Positions 12,879 to 22,281 of a DNA stretch of 64,000 nt are shown here, piece after piece. The DNA comes from an uncultured Solirubrobacterales bacterium. Its GTDB lineage: Bacteria > Actinomycetota > Thermoleophilia > Solirubrobacterales > Solirubrobacteraceae. Under the pieces are notes generated by a model, which did not search any database, was not told the DNA's origin, and saw only the letters and a list, made by a program, of their open reading frames with translations. The stretch spans positions 12,423-76,422 of the forward strand of contig CAVRGU010000004.1 in NCBI GenBank assembly GCA_963720795.1. Direction: 5' to 3'. The position numbers were made by a program, and so were the translations under genes. Position 1 is the first letter of the stretch. Each line of letters opens with the position of its first letter.

Positions 12879-14438
12879 TCAGAGCTGGCCCAGCTCGGCG
12901 GTGATCTCAGAGACGGCGGACTTGGCGTCGCCGAACAGCATCGCCGTCCCGGGGTCGAAGTACAGCTTGTTTTCGATCCCCGCGAAGCCCGGGTTCATCG
13001 AGCGCTTGATCACGATCACCGAGCGGGAGTCGGCGACCTCGAGGATCGGCATCCCGTAGATCGGCGAGGAGGGGGTGTTCTTCGCAGCGGGGTTGGTGAC
13101 GTCGTTGGCCCCGATCACGAGCGACACGTCGGTGCGCTGGAACTCGGGGTTGATGTCGTCCATCTCCTTGAGCTGGTCGTACGGCACGTCGGCCTCCGCG
13201 AGCAGCACGTTCATGTGGCCCGGCATCCGCCCGGCCACTGGGTGGATCGCGTATTTGACGTCCACCCCCCGTGCCTCCAGCTCCGAGGCCAGCTCGCGCA
13301 CGGCGTGCTGGGCCTGCGCGACCGCCATCCCGTAGCCGGGCACGACCACCACGCGGGAGGCATACGCGAGCTGGATCGCGGCGTCCGCCGCGGTCGTGGA
13401 GCGCACGGTGCCCGCGTGCTCGCCCGCGCCCGTCGCGCCCTCCACCGCGCCGCCGCCGCCGAAGCCCCCGGCGACGATCGCGGGGATCGAGCGGTTCATC
13501 GCGGTGGCCATCAGGTTCGTGAGGATCGAGCCCGACGCGCCCACGATCATGCCCGCCACGATCAGCGCGGGGTTGTCAAGCGCCATCCCGGTCGCCGCCG
13601 CGGAGAGCCCGGTGAAGGCGTTCAGCAACGAGATCACCACCGGCATGTCCGCGCCCCCGATCGGCAGCACGACCGCGTTGCCGAGCAGCGCGGCGACGAC
13701 GAGCATGCCGATGAACAGCGCTTCGGAGTGCGCACCCGCCACCAGGTCGATGCCGGCGGCCAGCGCGAGGATCAGCAGCACGAGGTTGACGGCCTGCTGG
13801 GCTGAGCCGAAGGAGATCGGACGCCCGGGGATCACTTCCTGGAGCTTGCCGAACGCGATGTTGGAGCCCCAGAAGGAGACCGAGCCGACGATCGCCGCGA
13901 ACACCGAGAAGATCGCGACGTAGGTGGGCACGCCGCCCCGCGTCAGCGTCAATAGATGGGAGTTAACCACGGCCACGCTTCCCCCCGGCACCTTCAATGT
14001 ATGGGCGTGAGCCGCCAGAGAGTCGTAGACCGAACCGCCGGTAGGGTAGTGAAACGTCTGCGAGCCGTACGTCGAGCCGTAGTGGCGAAACTCCACCCAC
14101 GCGATCAGCGCCACCGCGCCACCGCCGACGCCGTTGAAGAGCGCCACCATCTGGGGCATCGCGGTCATCTTCACGTTGCGCGCCGCCGGCACCCCCACCG
14201 CGGTACCGAGCGCGAGGCCGAGCGCGATCAACCCCCAGTTGCCCTCGCCGGGGTTCAGCAGCGTGGCGAGCACCGCGATCCCCATGCCCACCGCGGCGGT
14301 GCGATTGCCCCGCACCGCGGTCGTCGGCCCGGAGAGGCCGCGCAGGCCCTGGATGAAGAGCGCGAACGCGAGGATGTAGAGGACGTAGATGAAGCTTTCG
14401 CTCTGCACGAAGGTGGTGGCCAGGGGCAGGCCGATCAC
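12879..14438 (-). CDS. pntB: NAD(P) transhydrogenase subunit beta
   Basis: MTAMPQMVALFNG, IGGADMPVVISLLN, VPGYGMAVAQAQH, HPVAGRMPGHMNVLLAEA. Confidence 0.97.
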   Translation of the reverse strand: MIGLPLATTFVQSESFIYVLYILAFALFIQGLRGLSGPTTAVRGNRTAAVGMGIAVLATLLNPGEGNWGLIALGLALGTAVGVPAARNVKMTAMPQMVALFNGVGGGAVALIAWVEFRHYGSTYGSQTFHYPTGGSVYDSLAAHAHTLKVPGGSVAVVNSHLLTLTRGGVPTYVAIFSVFAAIVGSVSFWGSNIAFGKLQEVIPGRPISFGSAQQAVNLVLLILALAAGIDLVAGAHSEALFIGMLVVAALLGNAVVLPIGGADMPVVISLLNAFTGLSAAATGMALDNPALIVAGMIVGASGSILTNLMATAMNRSIPAIVAGGFGGGGAVEGATGAGEHAGTVRSTTAADAAIQLAYASRVVVVPGYGMAVAQAQHAVRELASELEARGVDVKYAIHPVAGRMPGHMNVLLAEADVPYDQLKEMDDINPEFQRTDVSLVIGANDVTNPAAKNTPSSPIYGMPILEVADSRSVIVIKRSMNPGFAGIENKLYFDPGTAMLFGDAKSAVSEITAELGQL

Positions 14439-14815
14439 GACCCTCCCCCCTTCCCACCGTCGGCGCCCTCGGCGCTCTTGCCATCGCCCGCTTCGCCGTC
14501 CGACTCGGCGGCGGGCTTTGGCTTCGGCCGGGACTTGAACATCTCCAGCATCCGGTCGGTCACGAGGAAGCCGCCGACGATGTTGATCGTGCCGAACGCC
14601 ACCGCCACCACCAGCAGCGCCTTGCTCAAGCCGTCCAGGCCCGGGAGCCCGAGCAGCAGCAGGCCGCCGAGCAGCACAATGCCGTGAATCGCGTTGGTGC
14701 CCGACATCAGCGGCGTGTGCAGGGTGTTGGGGACCTTGGAGATCACTACGAACCCGATGAAGCCCGCGAGCACGAGGATCGCGAGGTTGGTGGTGAGGAC
14801 GCTCGCGAGGATCAC
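14435..14815 (-). CDS. pntAB: NAD(P) transhydrogenase subunit alpha part 2
   Basis: KVPNTLHTPLMSGTNAIHG, NIVGGFLVTDRMLEMF. Confidence 0.95.
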   Translation of the reverse strand: MILASVLTTNLAILVLAGFIGFVVISKVPNTLHTPLMSGTNAIHGIVLLGGLLLLGLPGLDGLSKALLVVAVAFGTINIVGGFLVTDRMLEMFKSRPKPKPAAESDGEAGDGKSAEGADGGKGGGS

Positions 14816-14897
14816 GCCGAGCCCCCCGCCGGGTTCTCACCGCACGGCCGCCGCACGCCAGACAGGCGCCGCGGGTGGTCGAAGAGCACGGGGAGCC

Positions 14898-16046
14898 TCA
14901 CGCCGGGGTCCCCTTCCCGTCCGCCGCCTCGACCGCGGCGCGCGCGCCCGCGTGCACGATCTCACCGGCACGCACGACGCAGGCGCCCGCGACGATCTCG
15001 TCCTCGAAGTCCAGGTGCAGCGCCCCGTCCTCGCCCACCAGCAGCTCCAGCAGCGCGAGCACGTTGCGCGCGAACAGCGCCGAGGCGTGCTCGGGCAAGG
15101 TCGCCGGGAGGTTGAGCGGCGCGAGGATCGACACGTCGTGGCGCATCACCGTCTCGCCCGGCTCGGTGAGCTCGCAGTTGCCCCCCGACTCCCCCGCGAG
15201 GTCCACCACCACCGACCCCGGCCGCATCCCCCGCACAGCATCCTCGGTCACGAGCCGCGGCGCGGGGCGGCCGGGCACGAGCGCGGTGGTGATGACTACG
15301 TCGAAGCCCTTGATCGCCTCCGTCAGCGCCTGCTGCTGGCGGGCGCGCTCCTCCTCGGTGAGCTCGCGCGCGTAGCCCCCCTCGCCGGCGGCCTCCAGCC
15401 CGAGGTCGAGCCACTGGGCGCCCAGCGAGCGCACCTGCTCGGCCACCTCGGGGCGCACGTCGTAGCCCGTCGTGCGCGCCCCCAGGCGTTTGGCGGTCGC
15501 AAGCGCCTGTAGGCCAGCCACGCCGGCGCCCAGCACGAGCACCTTCGCGGGGGGGATCGTGCCCGCGGCGGTCATCAACATCGGGTAGAAGCGCCCCATC
15601 CGCTCGGCTCCCTCCAGCGCCGCGCGGTAGCCCGCGACGTTGGACTGCGAGGAGAGCGCGTCCATCGACTGTGCGCGGGAGATGCGCGGGATCGCCTCCA
15701 TCGCGAGCGCCGTCGCCTTCGCGTCGGCGAGCGCACGGGTGGTCTGCGGGCTCGTGAGCGGCGCGAGGAAGCCGACCAGCAGCGAGCTCGCGCCGAGCAG
15801 GCCGACCTCGGCGGCGGTCGGCGGGGCGATCGTGACAACCACGTCCGTGCCCCACACCGCCGCGGCGTCGTCGGTCAGCTCCGCGCCGGCCTCCTCGAAG
15901 GCGGCGTCGGGCAGCAGCGCGCCGGCGCCCGCCCCGCGCTGCACGAGGACCTCGAGTCCCCGAGCCTTCAGCTTGCCGACCACCTCGGGCACGAGCGCCA
16001 CCCGGTGCTCACCCGCCGCGGTCTCCTTCGGAACGCCAACCCGCAT
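14898..16046 (-). CDS. pntAA: NAD(P) transhydrogenase subunit alpha part 1
   Basis: MRVGVPKET..EHRVAL, PRISRAQSMDALSSQ, GAGVAGLQA, ITTALVPGRPAP. Confidence 0.95.
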   Translation of the reverse strand: MRVGVPKETAAGEHRVALVPEVVGKLKARGLEVLVQRGAGAGALLPDAAFEEAGAELTDDAAAVWGTDVVVTIAPPTAAEVGLLGASSLLVGFLAPLTSPQTTRALADAKATALAMEAIPRISRAQSMDALSSQSNVAGYRAALEGAERMGRFYPMLMTAAGTIPPAKVLVLGAGVAGLQALATAKRLGARTTGYDVRPEVAEQVRSLGAQWLDLGLEAAGEGGYARELTEEERARQQQALTEAIKGFDVVITTALVPGRPAPRLVTEDAVRGMRPGSVVVDLAGESGGNCELTEPGETVMRHDVSILAPLNLPATLPEHASALFARNVLALLELLVGEDGALHLDFEDEIVAGACVVRAGEIVHAGARAAVEAADGKGTPA

Positions 16047-16120
16047 TGAGGGGCGGGAACGTATCCGATCGCGCGGACGCGCGCCACCCCGGTGGACCAT
16101 CTGCGAGACTGAGCGGTGGT

Positions 16121-16241
16121 CCGGTTGGCGCATGCGCCAACCGGCGGGGCCGCGCATGCGCGGTCCCTGGAGCGGCCACATGTGGCCGCTCCAGGCAGGG
16201 CCGCATGCGGCCCTGCCGCCCCTGCCGCATGCGGCAGGGGC
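16121..16241. repeat. Array of five abutting palindromes, each centred on CATG
   Basis: Perfect palindromes at 16121-16144, 16150-16163, 16166-16195, 16194-16217, 16218-16241; centres 24, 24, 25, 24 bp apart. Confidence 0.9.
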
Positions 16242-16259
16242 ACCCTCCACCGCGCGCCC

Positions 16260-16844
16260 ATGACCGTCAACCTGACCCGCATCTACACCAAGCTCGGGGA
16301 CTCCGGGGAGACCCACCTCGGGGACATGAGCCGTGTCTCCAAGTTGCACCCCCGGGTGGAGGCCTACGGCACGGTCGACGAGCTCAACTCGGTGCTGGGC
16401 GTGGCGCTGCTGGCACCCGGGCTGCCCGCCCACGTCGCCGGGTGGCTGCGCCGGATGCAGAACGACCTGCTCGACCTCGGAGCCGACCTCTCGGTGCCCG
16501 CCGGCAGCGAGCGCGAGCGACTGCGGATCACCGCCGAGTACACCGAGTGGCTGGAGCAGGCGTGCGACGAGGCCAACGCCACACTCCCGCCGCTGCGCTC
16601 GTTCGTGATCCCCGGAGGGACCCCCGCGGCCGCCCACCTGCACGTCTGCCGCACCGTCTGCCGCCGCGCGGAGCGGCGTGCGCTCGCGGTGGAGGACGCC
16701 AACCCCGAGACGGTGCGCTACCTCAACCGCCTCTCCGACCTGCTGTTCATCCTCGCCCGCGCGGTCAACGAGCAGGACGCGGGGTCCGAGCCACTGTGGG
16801 ATCCCGGCGCCCACGAGGCCGCGGCGAGGCCCGAGCAGTCGTAG
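16260..16844 (+). CDS. pduO: PduO-type ATP:cob(I)alamin adenosyltransferase
   Basis: RIYTKLGDSGET, EAYGTVDELNS, RTVCRRAER, YLNRLSDLLFILAR. Confidence 0.95.
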   Translation: MTVNLTRIYTKLGDSGETHLGDMSRVSKLHPRVEAYGTVDELNSVLGVALLAPGLPAHVAGWLRRMQNDLLDLGADLSVPAGSERERLRITAEYTEWLEQACDEANATLPPLRSFVIPGGTPAAAHLHVCRTVCRRAERRALAVEDANPETVRYLNRLSDLLFILARAVNEQDAGSEPLWDPGAHEAAARPEQS

Positions 16845-16857
16845 GGCCGGCTGAGGC

Positions 16858-17619
16858 TCAGGCGGAGCGGCGGCGCAGCAGCGGCGCCGGCCGATCCCAG
16901 GTAGGGCCTGCCGCAGCGACCGCGAGCGACACGCACAACGCCGCGAGCAGGTAGCCGCCGAGCACGTCAGAGGGCATGTGCCACGCGAGGATCAGCAGCG
17001 AGCACCCGACCGCCACAGCGACCGCGCAGCCGAGCGCGGCCACCAGGGGGCGTAGGCGGTGGGGGGTGACGAGCAGCGCGCACAGCACCAGTGTCATCGC
17101 CGCGGTCGCGTGTCCGCTCGGCCACGAGGCGGGCCCGACCCACTGCCAGCCGACGCTGTCGTGGGGGTGGGCCAGCAGCGGCTTGAGCAGCTCGGCGACG
17201 CCGGGGGCGGCGGGCGCCACCACCGCCACCGCGAGCGCCACCCGCGGGCGCCGGCGCAGCAGCGCGACGGCGACCAGCAGCAGCGCCCAGACGGTGTAGA
17301 GCAGCGGGTCGAGCAGGTGCAGCAGGCTGTTGGCGAGCGTGTCCACACGGGGGCGCTCGAGCTTGGTGAAGTCGTTGAGCAGCACCGCGTCGCGCAGGTG
17401 GACCGCGGGGACGAGCTCCGCGAGCGCCCACGTGGCGGCCATCGCGAGCGCGCACAGGAGGGCTACCCACAGCGCCCAGGCGACGCTCGGCTGGGGCGCG
17501 CGGTCCACGCTGCGGCGCGTCGGTCCGCTCGCGCCACGGCGGGCAGCGCGTGGGGAGGCCGTCAAAGGTGCGCTCGACACCCTCAAAAGGGTAGACGCCT
17601 CACCGCGCACCGGCGTCAC
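16858..17619 (-). CDS. PAP2-family membrane phosphatase
   Basis: LKPLLAHP, SWPSGHATAA, WHMPSDVLGG; start uncertain. Confidence 0.85.
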   Translation of the reverse strand: MTPVRGEASTLLRVSSAPLTASPRAARRGASGPTRRSVDRAPQPSVAWALWVALLCALAMAATWALAELVPAVHLRDAVLLNDFTKLERPRVDTLANSLLHLLDPLLYTVWALLLVAVALLRRRPRVALAVAVVAPAAPGVAELLKPLLAHPHDSVGWQWVGPASWPSGHATAAMTLVLCALLVTPHRLRPLVAALGCAVAVAVGCSLLILAWHMPSDVLGGYLLAALCVSLAVAAAGPTWDRPAPLLRRRSA

Positions 17620-17704
17620 CGCGGGGGCCGGCTCTTAGGTGACGCTCCTCCACGGGAGTGCTCGGCCCGCCCCGCCCCCACCCCCCGCGAGCCTCGCGGA
17701 CGGC

Positions 17705-19366
17705 TCACCCGATCGGAAACGGCGCGCGGGCCAGCGCAGTGAGCGCCTGCGCGGTGACCCACACCGGTGACTGGGCGCTCGTGCGGGAGTACCGCACGGC
17801 GCCAGATGGGGCCACGAGGCTTTCCAGGTAGCCGAGCGGGGATCGGCTGCCGCGGTGGCGGACGGCTTCCACGTTCAGGCCGGCCGCGACGAAGCCCTGG
17901 ACGGCCCACGCGGTGGACTGCGCGTTCGATTCGCCCCCCGGCTGCTCGGGCAAGCCGCCGTCGGGGTTCTGGGCGTGCACGAGGAACGCGACCGCGCGCG
18001 AGACGCCCGCGCCGCTGTGGATGCCCGCGTCGAGGAGCCCCTGCAGGGCGGCGGCCGTGTCGTCCACGTCGGAGGAGCCCCCCCGCTCGGCGAAGTTGAA
18101 GCCGCCGTCGGAGTCCTGCTGACCGGCGATCCACGCGCCTGCGGCGCGCACGGTGGCGTTGCTCGCGGGGTACCCCGCGGCGCGCAGGGCGAAGACCGCG
18201 AACGCCGTGAGGATGACCTCGTGCGAGAAGGCGCCGTCGCTCGCGCGGTAGTGCAGCAGCCCCGCCAGCAGGTTTTTCCCCGCCAGCGAGGTCACGGGCG
18301 CGCCGCAGGCGCGCAGCGCGAGCATCGTGCGCTCGAGGTCGCCGGCGCCTTCGAGGGTGCCGGCCTGCGCGCGCAGCGCTTCGAGCACCGTGTGGCCGTC
18401 GCGGCGCACGCTCTGTGGGGAGCGCCCGGCGGCCGCTATGCCTATCGCTGCCCACGCCGAGTACAACTCGGAGGCGGGCTGCCCCACCGCGGCCCCCCAC
18501 CCGCCGTCGGAGTCCTGCGCGGAGGCAAGGTAGCCGATCTCGGGGGAGACGTTCGCGCGCGCGGCGGAGGCGGTGGCCGGGGGCACCGCGGCGAAGGGCA
18601 GGGCCGCCGAGAGGCCCGCCGGAGAGACGAGCGGCGAGGCGGTCGCCGTGAGAGCACCGACCGGGCGCAGGACCTCGGCGCGGGCTGACCCGCCGCCCGC
18701 CAGCAATGCGCAGGCAAGGCCAAGCCCAACGGCGAGCAGCGCGGGCACGCCGGCGCCGGCGGCCTCCCAGCGGATGTCCATGCGGGCGCGCATCCGCGCG
18801 AGCACGCGGGCGAGCTCGGGGGCGAAGGCGAGGCCGAAGAGGAAGGAGGCGCCGACGTCGACGAGGTCGAAGGGCAGCCCCGCGCCGGCGACGGCAAGCA
18901 GCGCGGCAGGGGTGTGGGCGGCGCCAAGGGTCCAGGTGTACACGTTCATGATCTCCTTGGCGACGAGTGCCGTGAAGGCGCAGGCGAGCGCAAGCGGAAC
19001 CCGTCCGAGACGCCTGTTGGTGAGCCGGCCGAGCGCGGCGCCCATCAGACCGACAAGCCCCCAAGCGGCCATCTGCCAGGGGGTGTAGGGGCCCTGGCCC
19101 AGCAGGACGTTGGAGGCGAGCATCCCGACGGCTCCCACGCAGAACCCGGGTAGCGGCCCGAGCGCGTAGCCGACGACGAGCGTGACGGCGGTGATCGGCT
19201 TGACGTCGGGCAGCGCCACGAACGCGTCGCGCCCGAGCGCGGCGACGGCGGCAAGCGTGGCCACGACGGCAGCCATCCGCGCCGAGGGCCGTGCGCGCTC
19301 GTAGGCGAGCCAGCCGACCACCAGCACGAGACCGACCAGCGTGAAGGAGGCGAGGGGCCAGCTCAC
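17705..19366 (-). CDS. ECF S component (CbrT-like) fused to extracellular prenyltransferase/squalene-oxidase-like repeats
   Basis: LPDVKPIT..GQGPYTPWQM S-component motifs; repeats YLASAQDSDGGWG, WIAGQQDSDGGFN, FLVHAQNPDGGLP. Confidence 0.8.
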   Translation of the reverse strand: MSWPLASFTLVGLVLVVGWLAYERARPSARMAAVVATLAAVAALGRDAFVALPDVKPITAVTLVVGYALGPLPGFCVGAVGMLASNVLLGQGPYTPWQMAAWGLVGLMGAALGRLTNRRLGRVPLALACAFTALVAKEIMNVYTWTLGAAHTPAALLAVAGAGLPFDLVDVGASFLFGLAFAPELARVLARMRARMDIRWEAAGAGVPALLAVGLGLACALLAGGGSARAEVLRPVGALTATASPLVSPAGLSAALPFAAVPPATASAARANVSPEIGYLASAQDSDGGWGAAVGQPASELYSAWAAIGIAAAGRSPQSVRRDGHTVLEALRAQAGTLEGAGDLERTMLALRACGAPVTSLAGKNLLAGLLHYRASDGAFSHEVILTAFAVFALRAAGYPASNATVRAAGAWIAGQQDSDGGFNFAERGGSSDVDDTAAALQGLLDAGIHSGAGVSRAVAFLVHAQNPDGGLPEQPGGESNAQSTAWAVQGFVAAGLNVEAVRHRGSRSPLGYLESLVAPSGAVRYSRTSAQSPVWVTAQALTALARAPFPIG

Positions 19367-21324
19367 CGCGCGGCCTCCGACCGATCGAAGATCGGCCAGC
19401 GAACGCCCGACGCCGGAGCGGCGGCTCTCCCTCGCAGGCGTGGGGTCAACGGCGCGCCCGCGGCGGCGCGCGCGGAGCCCGGGGGGGTGGCGCCCGTCCT
19501 CTGTGGCGTAGCCGCGGGAGTGACGCCGGCGGCGCGGCGGGCGGCGAGCAGCTCCGCGCCCTCCTCAGGCCGCAGGGCACCTCCGGCGCCACCGAGGATG
19601 CGGGCGGTCTCGGTCGCGAAGTACCACCCACCGGCGAGCAGTTCCGCGGCGGGGCCGTCGGCGATCACGCGCCCGTCGGCGAGCAGCACCGCGCGCGTGG
19701 CGCACGCGCAGGCGAACTCGGGGTCGTGGGTGGCGACCACCACCGCCTGGCCACGGGCGGCGCGGCGGCGCAACTCCTCGGCGAGCAGGGCCTTGGCGTG
19801 GCGGTCCATCCCGCGGGTGGGCTCGTCGAGCGCGAGCACCGCGGGGTCGTCGTCCCCGTCGGTGACGACGGCGAGCGCGAGGCGCTGGCGCTCCCCGCCA
19901 GAGAGGTCGCGGGGGTTGCGCTCGGCCAGGTCCGCCAGCCCGGCGAGCGCGAGCGCGCGGGGGGAAACCTCGCGAGCGACGCGGTCGTGGAGGAAGTAGT
20001 CGGAGGGGTTCTGCAGCAGCAGCGCGACGCGCCCCGCTCGCTCCACGCGCCCGCGGGTGGGCTCCAGCAGCCCGGCGGCGTGGCGCAACAGCGTCGACTT
20101 GCCGGCCCCGTTGCGCCCCATCAGGGCGACGGTCTCGCCGGGCTCCACGCGCAGGTCGGCGCCGCGCAGGATCGCGGGCCCGCGGTGGAGCTCGTGCCAC
20201 ACCCCGCGCAGGTGCAGCGCCGGCGCGGGGCGGGCGTCCCGGCGCAGCAGCCGGCGGCCGAGGGACGGCGCGGCCGAGGGGGCCGTGGGCGTGGCGGCAG
20301 CAGGGGGGGCGGCAGGCCCCGAGGGAGACATGGACGCGGCAGGAGCGGTGGGCGCGGTGGAACCCGACGGAGACACGGGAGCGGAGGCCACCGTGGCAGA
20401 CACGGGCGGGGCGGCGGCGAGTGGGGCCCCCTGCCCGCGGCTGTCCAGGGCTGCAGTGACGACGGCAGGGGGCGTAGGGGAGCATACTCCTTCCGCAGAC
20501 AACAGTCCGCAGCCACGCAGGGTGGCGCGCGCCTGCCGGACGCCCACCGGCGGGGGGCCGAGCCCGGCGAGCGCGAACAGGCGGGCGCCGGGGGTCTGCA
20601 GCGCCGGGGCCTCGCGACCGGCCCACTCCAGGAACGTGCCGGGGGTGCCGTCGTGCGCGAGGCGCCCCCCGTGCAGCGCGAGCACGCGGTCCGCGGCGGG
20701 CAGGCAGCGCTCGAGGCGGTGCTCGGCGAGCAGGATCGCGAGGTCCCACTCCTGGTTGAGGCGGCGCAGCAGCCCGATCAGCTCGTCCCCGGCGACCGGG
20801 TCCAGCTGGGAGGTGGGCTCGTCGAGCAGCAGCACCGGCGGGCGGCCCGCGAGCGCGGCACCGAGCGCGACCCGCTGCTGCTCCCCACCGGAGAGCGTGT
20901 GCGTGGGACGGTCCAGCAGGTGGTCGACGCCGAGCGCCAGCGCGACCTCCTCAACCCCGCGAGCGACCGCGGTGGCGGAGTGCCCGCGGCTCTCCAGGGC
21001 GAGCGCGAGCTCGGCGCGCACGGAGCTCATCACGAGCTGGGTCTCGGGGTCCTGGAAGAGCACCCCGGCCAGGGCCCCCAGGCGGGCGGGCCCGTGCGTG
21101 CGCGTGTCGAGGCCGGCGAGCTCCACGCGCCCCGCGAAGCGCCCTCCGTGGAAGTGCGGCGCCAGCCCGCAGGCGGCGCGCAGCAGCGTCGACTTGCCCT
21201 CCCCGGAGAGGCCCGCGAGCAGGCAGAACTCGCCCGCGGCCACCTCGAAGGACACGTCCTCCAACGCCGGACGCTCCGCGCCCGGGTAGCAGTAGGTGAC
21301 GCGGTCGAAGGAGAGGACGGTCAC
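19363..21324 (-). CDS. ECF transporter double ABC ATPase
   Basis: Two Walker A (GLSGEGKST, GRNGAGKST), two LSGGE signatures, two LDEPT; Pro/Ala linker. Confidence 0.92.
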   Translation of the reverse strand: MTVLSFDRVTYCYPGAERPALEDVSFEVAAGEFCLLAGLSGEGKSTLLRAACGLAPHFHGGRFAGRVELAGLDTRTHGPARLGALAGVLFQDPETQLVMSSVRAELALALESRGHSATAVARGVEEVALALGVDHLLDRPTHTLSGGEQQRVALGAALAGRPPVLLLDEPTSQLDPVAGDELIGLLRRLNQEWDLAILLAEHRLERCLPAADRVLALHGGRLAHDGTPGTFLEWAGREAPALQTPGARLFALAGLGPPPVGVRQARATLRGCGLLSAEGVCSPTPPAVVTAALDSRGQGAPLAAAPPVSATVASAPVSPSGSTAPTAPAASMSPSGPAAPPAAATPTAPSAAPSLGRRLLRRDARPAPALHLRGVWHELHRGPAILRGADLRVEPGETVALMGRNGAGKSTLLRHAAGLLEPTRGRVERAGRVALLLQNPSDYFLHDRVAREVSPRALALAGLADLAERNPRDLSGGERQRLALAVVTDGDDDPAVLALDEPTRGMDRHAKALLAEELRRRAARGQAVVVATHDPEFACACATRAVLLADGRVIADGPAAELLAGGWYFATETARILGGAGGALRPEEGAELLAARRAAGVTPAATPQRTGATPPGSARAAAGAPLTPRLRGRAAAPASGVRWPIFDRSEAAR

Positions 21325-22281
21325 AGCTCGATCCCTCGACGGTTACCAAACGGCAGCAGCACCGCGAGCACGAGCGCCGCGCAGAGCGCGCACAGGCCGA
21401 GGCCGACGGGGGCGTGCACCAGCGGGTAGGCGGTGAACGAGGCGGCGCCGCCGAGCCGCGCGAGCAGGGCGAGCGCGAGCACGGCCGCTCCAGAGGCGGC
21501 GAACGCCAGGTCGTGGCGCGACCACGGCCGAGGCACACGCGGGGCGCGAGGGGCGGTGGCGAAGCCGCGGAGCTCGAGCGTGGCGGCGACGTCCATCGCG
21601 CGGTCGAGCGAGCCGGCGAGCACCGCACTGAGCAGTGCGACGCGCCCGCGGGCGCCACCGCCCGCTCGTCCAGCTGCCCCACCGCCGAGTGCTCCAGCGG
21701 CCCCACCGCCGGCCGATCCTTGGGTGGCCCCACCCCCGGGCCGGGTGCGCTGCGCCTCGGCGAGGCGGTGGGCGTCGGCGGTGAGCAGGGGGATCATGCG
21801 CACCGCGAGCGAGGCGGTGAGCGCCGAGCGGAAGGAGAGACGACGGAAGGCGCGCAGCAGCGCGTCGGGGTCCACCGCGAGGCTGGCGAGCGCGGAGACG
21901 AGGATCAGGACCGTGACCTTCAGCGCGACCACCGCGCCGTACACGAGCGCCTCGACGGTCAGGTCGCCCTGTCCGAAGGGGCCGAGGTCGCCAAGCCGGG
22001 CGAAGACGGTGAGGCCCTCGCGGGTGACGAGCACGTTGATGGCGACGATCGGCACCCCCACGATCAGCGCAGTGCGCAGGGCGCGCGTGAGCTCGCGGCC
22101 GACCCCGACCCCCCAGCCGGCGCCAAGGACCGCCAGCGCGAGCGCGGCGAGCGCGAGGGGGTGGTAGAGCAGCAGCGCGGCCGCGGTGAGCGCGAGCGCC
22201 CACAACGCGGCGACCCCGGCGCGCGTCGCGTGCAGCGGGCTCGCGAGGGGGCGGTAGCAGGAGCAGCCCGGCGCGGTTCAT
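21321..22281 (-). CDS. ECF transmembrane T component (frameshift near 5' end)
   Basis: TM helices, EAQRTRP and SLDRAMDVAATLELRGF coupling helices. Confidence 0.88.

Noticed and set aside
12823..12882. Short GCGGGCGCTCA tandem repeats after the pntB stop
   Set aside because: Short, GC-rich and including the stop codon region; consistent with local slippage.
16121..16241. Palindrome array as a CRISPR array or Rex operator
   Set aside because: No identical repeats with unique spacers, no cas genes, and no match to the AT-rich Rex consensus TTGTGAA-N4-TTCACAA.
12879..16814. Extended pntB (to 14840) and pntA (to 16814) ORFs suggesting fusions
   Set aside because: The extensions are off-frame or antisense readings of pntAB and pduO; motif-consistent starts are 14438 and 16046.
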